Below are positions 24,746 through 25,002 of a stretch of 25,002 nucleotides of DNA, in pieces. Origin of the DNA: Candidatus Eiseniibacteriota bacterium (lineage in GTDB: Bacteria; Eisenbacteria; RBG-16-71-46); contig JBGAML010000029.1 of NCBI GenBank assembly GCA_044223005.1, positions 1 to 25,002 of the forward strand, in the 5' to 3' direction. The position numbers and the translations under genes are program-made. Numbering within the stretch: the first letter of the stretch is position 1; each line of letters begins with the position of its first letter. Under the pieces are notes generated by a model. The model worked only from the letters and a program-made list of their open reading frames with translations. It was not told the DNA's origin and ran no database searches.

Positions 24746-25002
24746 ATGACGACCTTCATCCCGCCGTTCTGCCCCAACCCGAGCTGTCGCTACCACAAGG
24801 CCGAGCGTGCCTTGTGGCGCTGGTCCCACGCCGGCTACTACACGCGCCAGGCCAGCCCCCGGCGCATCGCCCGTTTCCGCTGTGACCACTGTGGGCGCAA
24901 CTTCTCCACCCAGACCTTCGCCACCACCTACTGGCTCCGCTATCCCAAGCGGCTGATCCCCGTCGCCCACCGGCTGCTCGGGGGCTCGGCCCTGCGCCAG
25001 AT
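24746..25002 (+). CDS. Partial zinc-ribbon/HTH protein, probable IS1-like transposase N-terminus (runs off the window)
   Basis: Not in the ORF track. Translates as MTTFIPPFCPNPSCRYH...GYY...RFRCDHCGRNFS...LLGGSALRQI: a CPxxxC...CxxC ribbon followed by the start of an SxRQI HTH. Confidence 0.6.
   Translation, partial: MTTFIPPFCPNPSCRYHKAERALWRWSHAGYYTRQASPRRIARFRCDHCGRNFSTQTFATTYWLRYPKRLIPVAHRLLGGSALRQ

Overview
High-GC (visually ~70%) bacterial chromosomal window, mostly housekeeping genes on the + strand. In order: a degenerate-GGDEF multidomain protein, mutL-miaA, tRNA-Gly(CCC), der-plsY-gpsA, a MerR-family regulator, a hybrid sensor kinase, tRNA-Pro(GGG), an acyltransferase-GT2-surE-pcm block, tRNA-Pro(CGG), acylphosphatase, an atypical RpoS-like sigma factor and apt. 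The standout is a minus-strand gene (17857-16499) that the ORF track splits in two. An in-frame TGA sits exactly at the first Cys of a thioredoxin motif (WAPW-TGA-HTC) and is followed by a SECIS-like hairpin, so it is probably a 452-aa exported thioredoxin/TPR-like selenoprotein. Further on are a PilZ protein, an ACT-domain protein, dut, an S9 peptidase, a TlpA-DUF4266-DUF3570-ApbE redox/flavinylation operon (apbE apparently starting at CTG), and the 5' end of a probable IS-like zinc-ribbon transposase cut by the window edge. All calls come from motif recognition by eye; no searches or folding programs were run.
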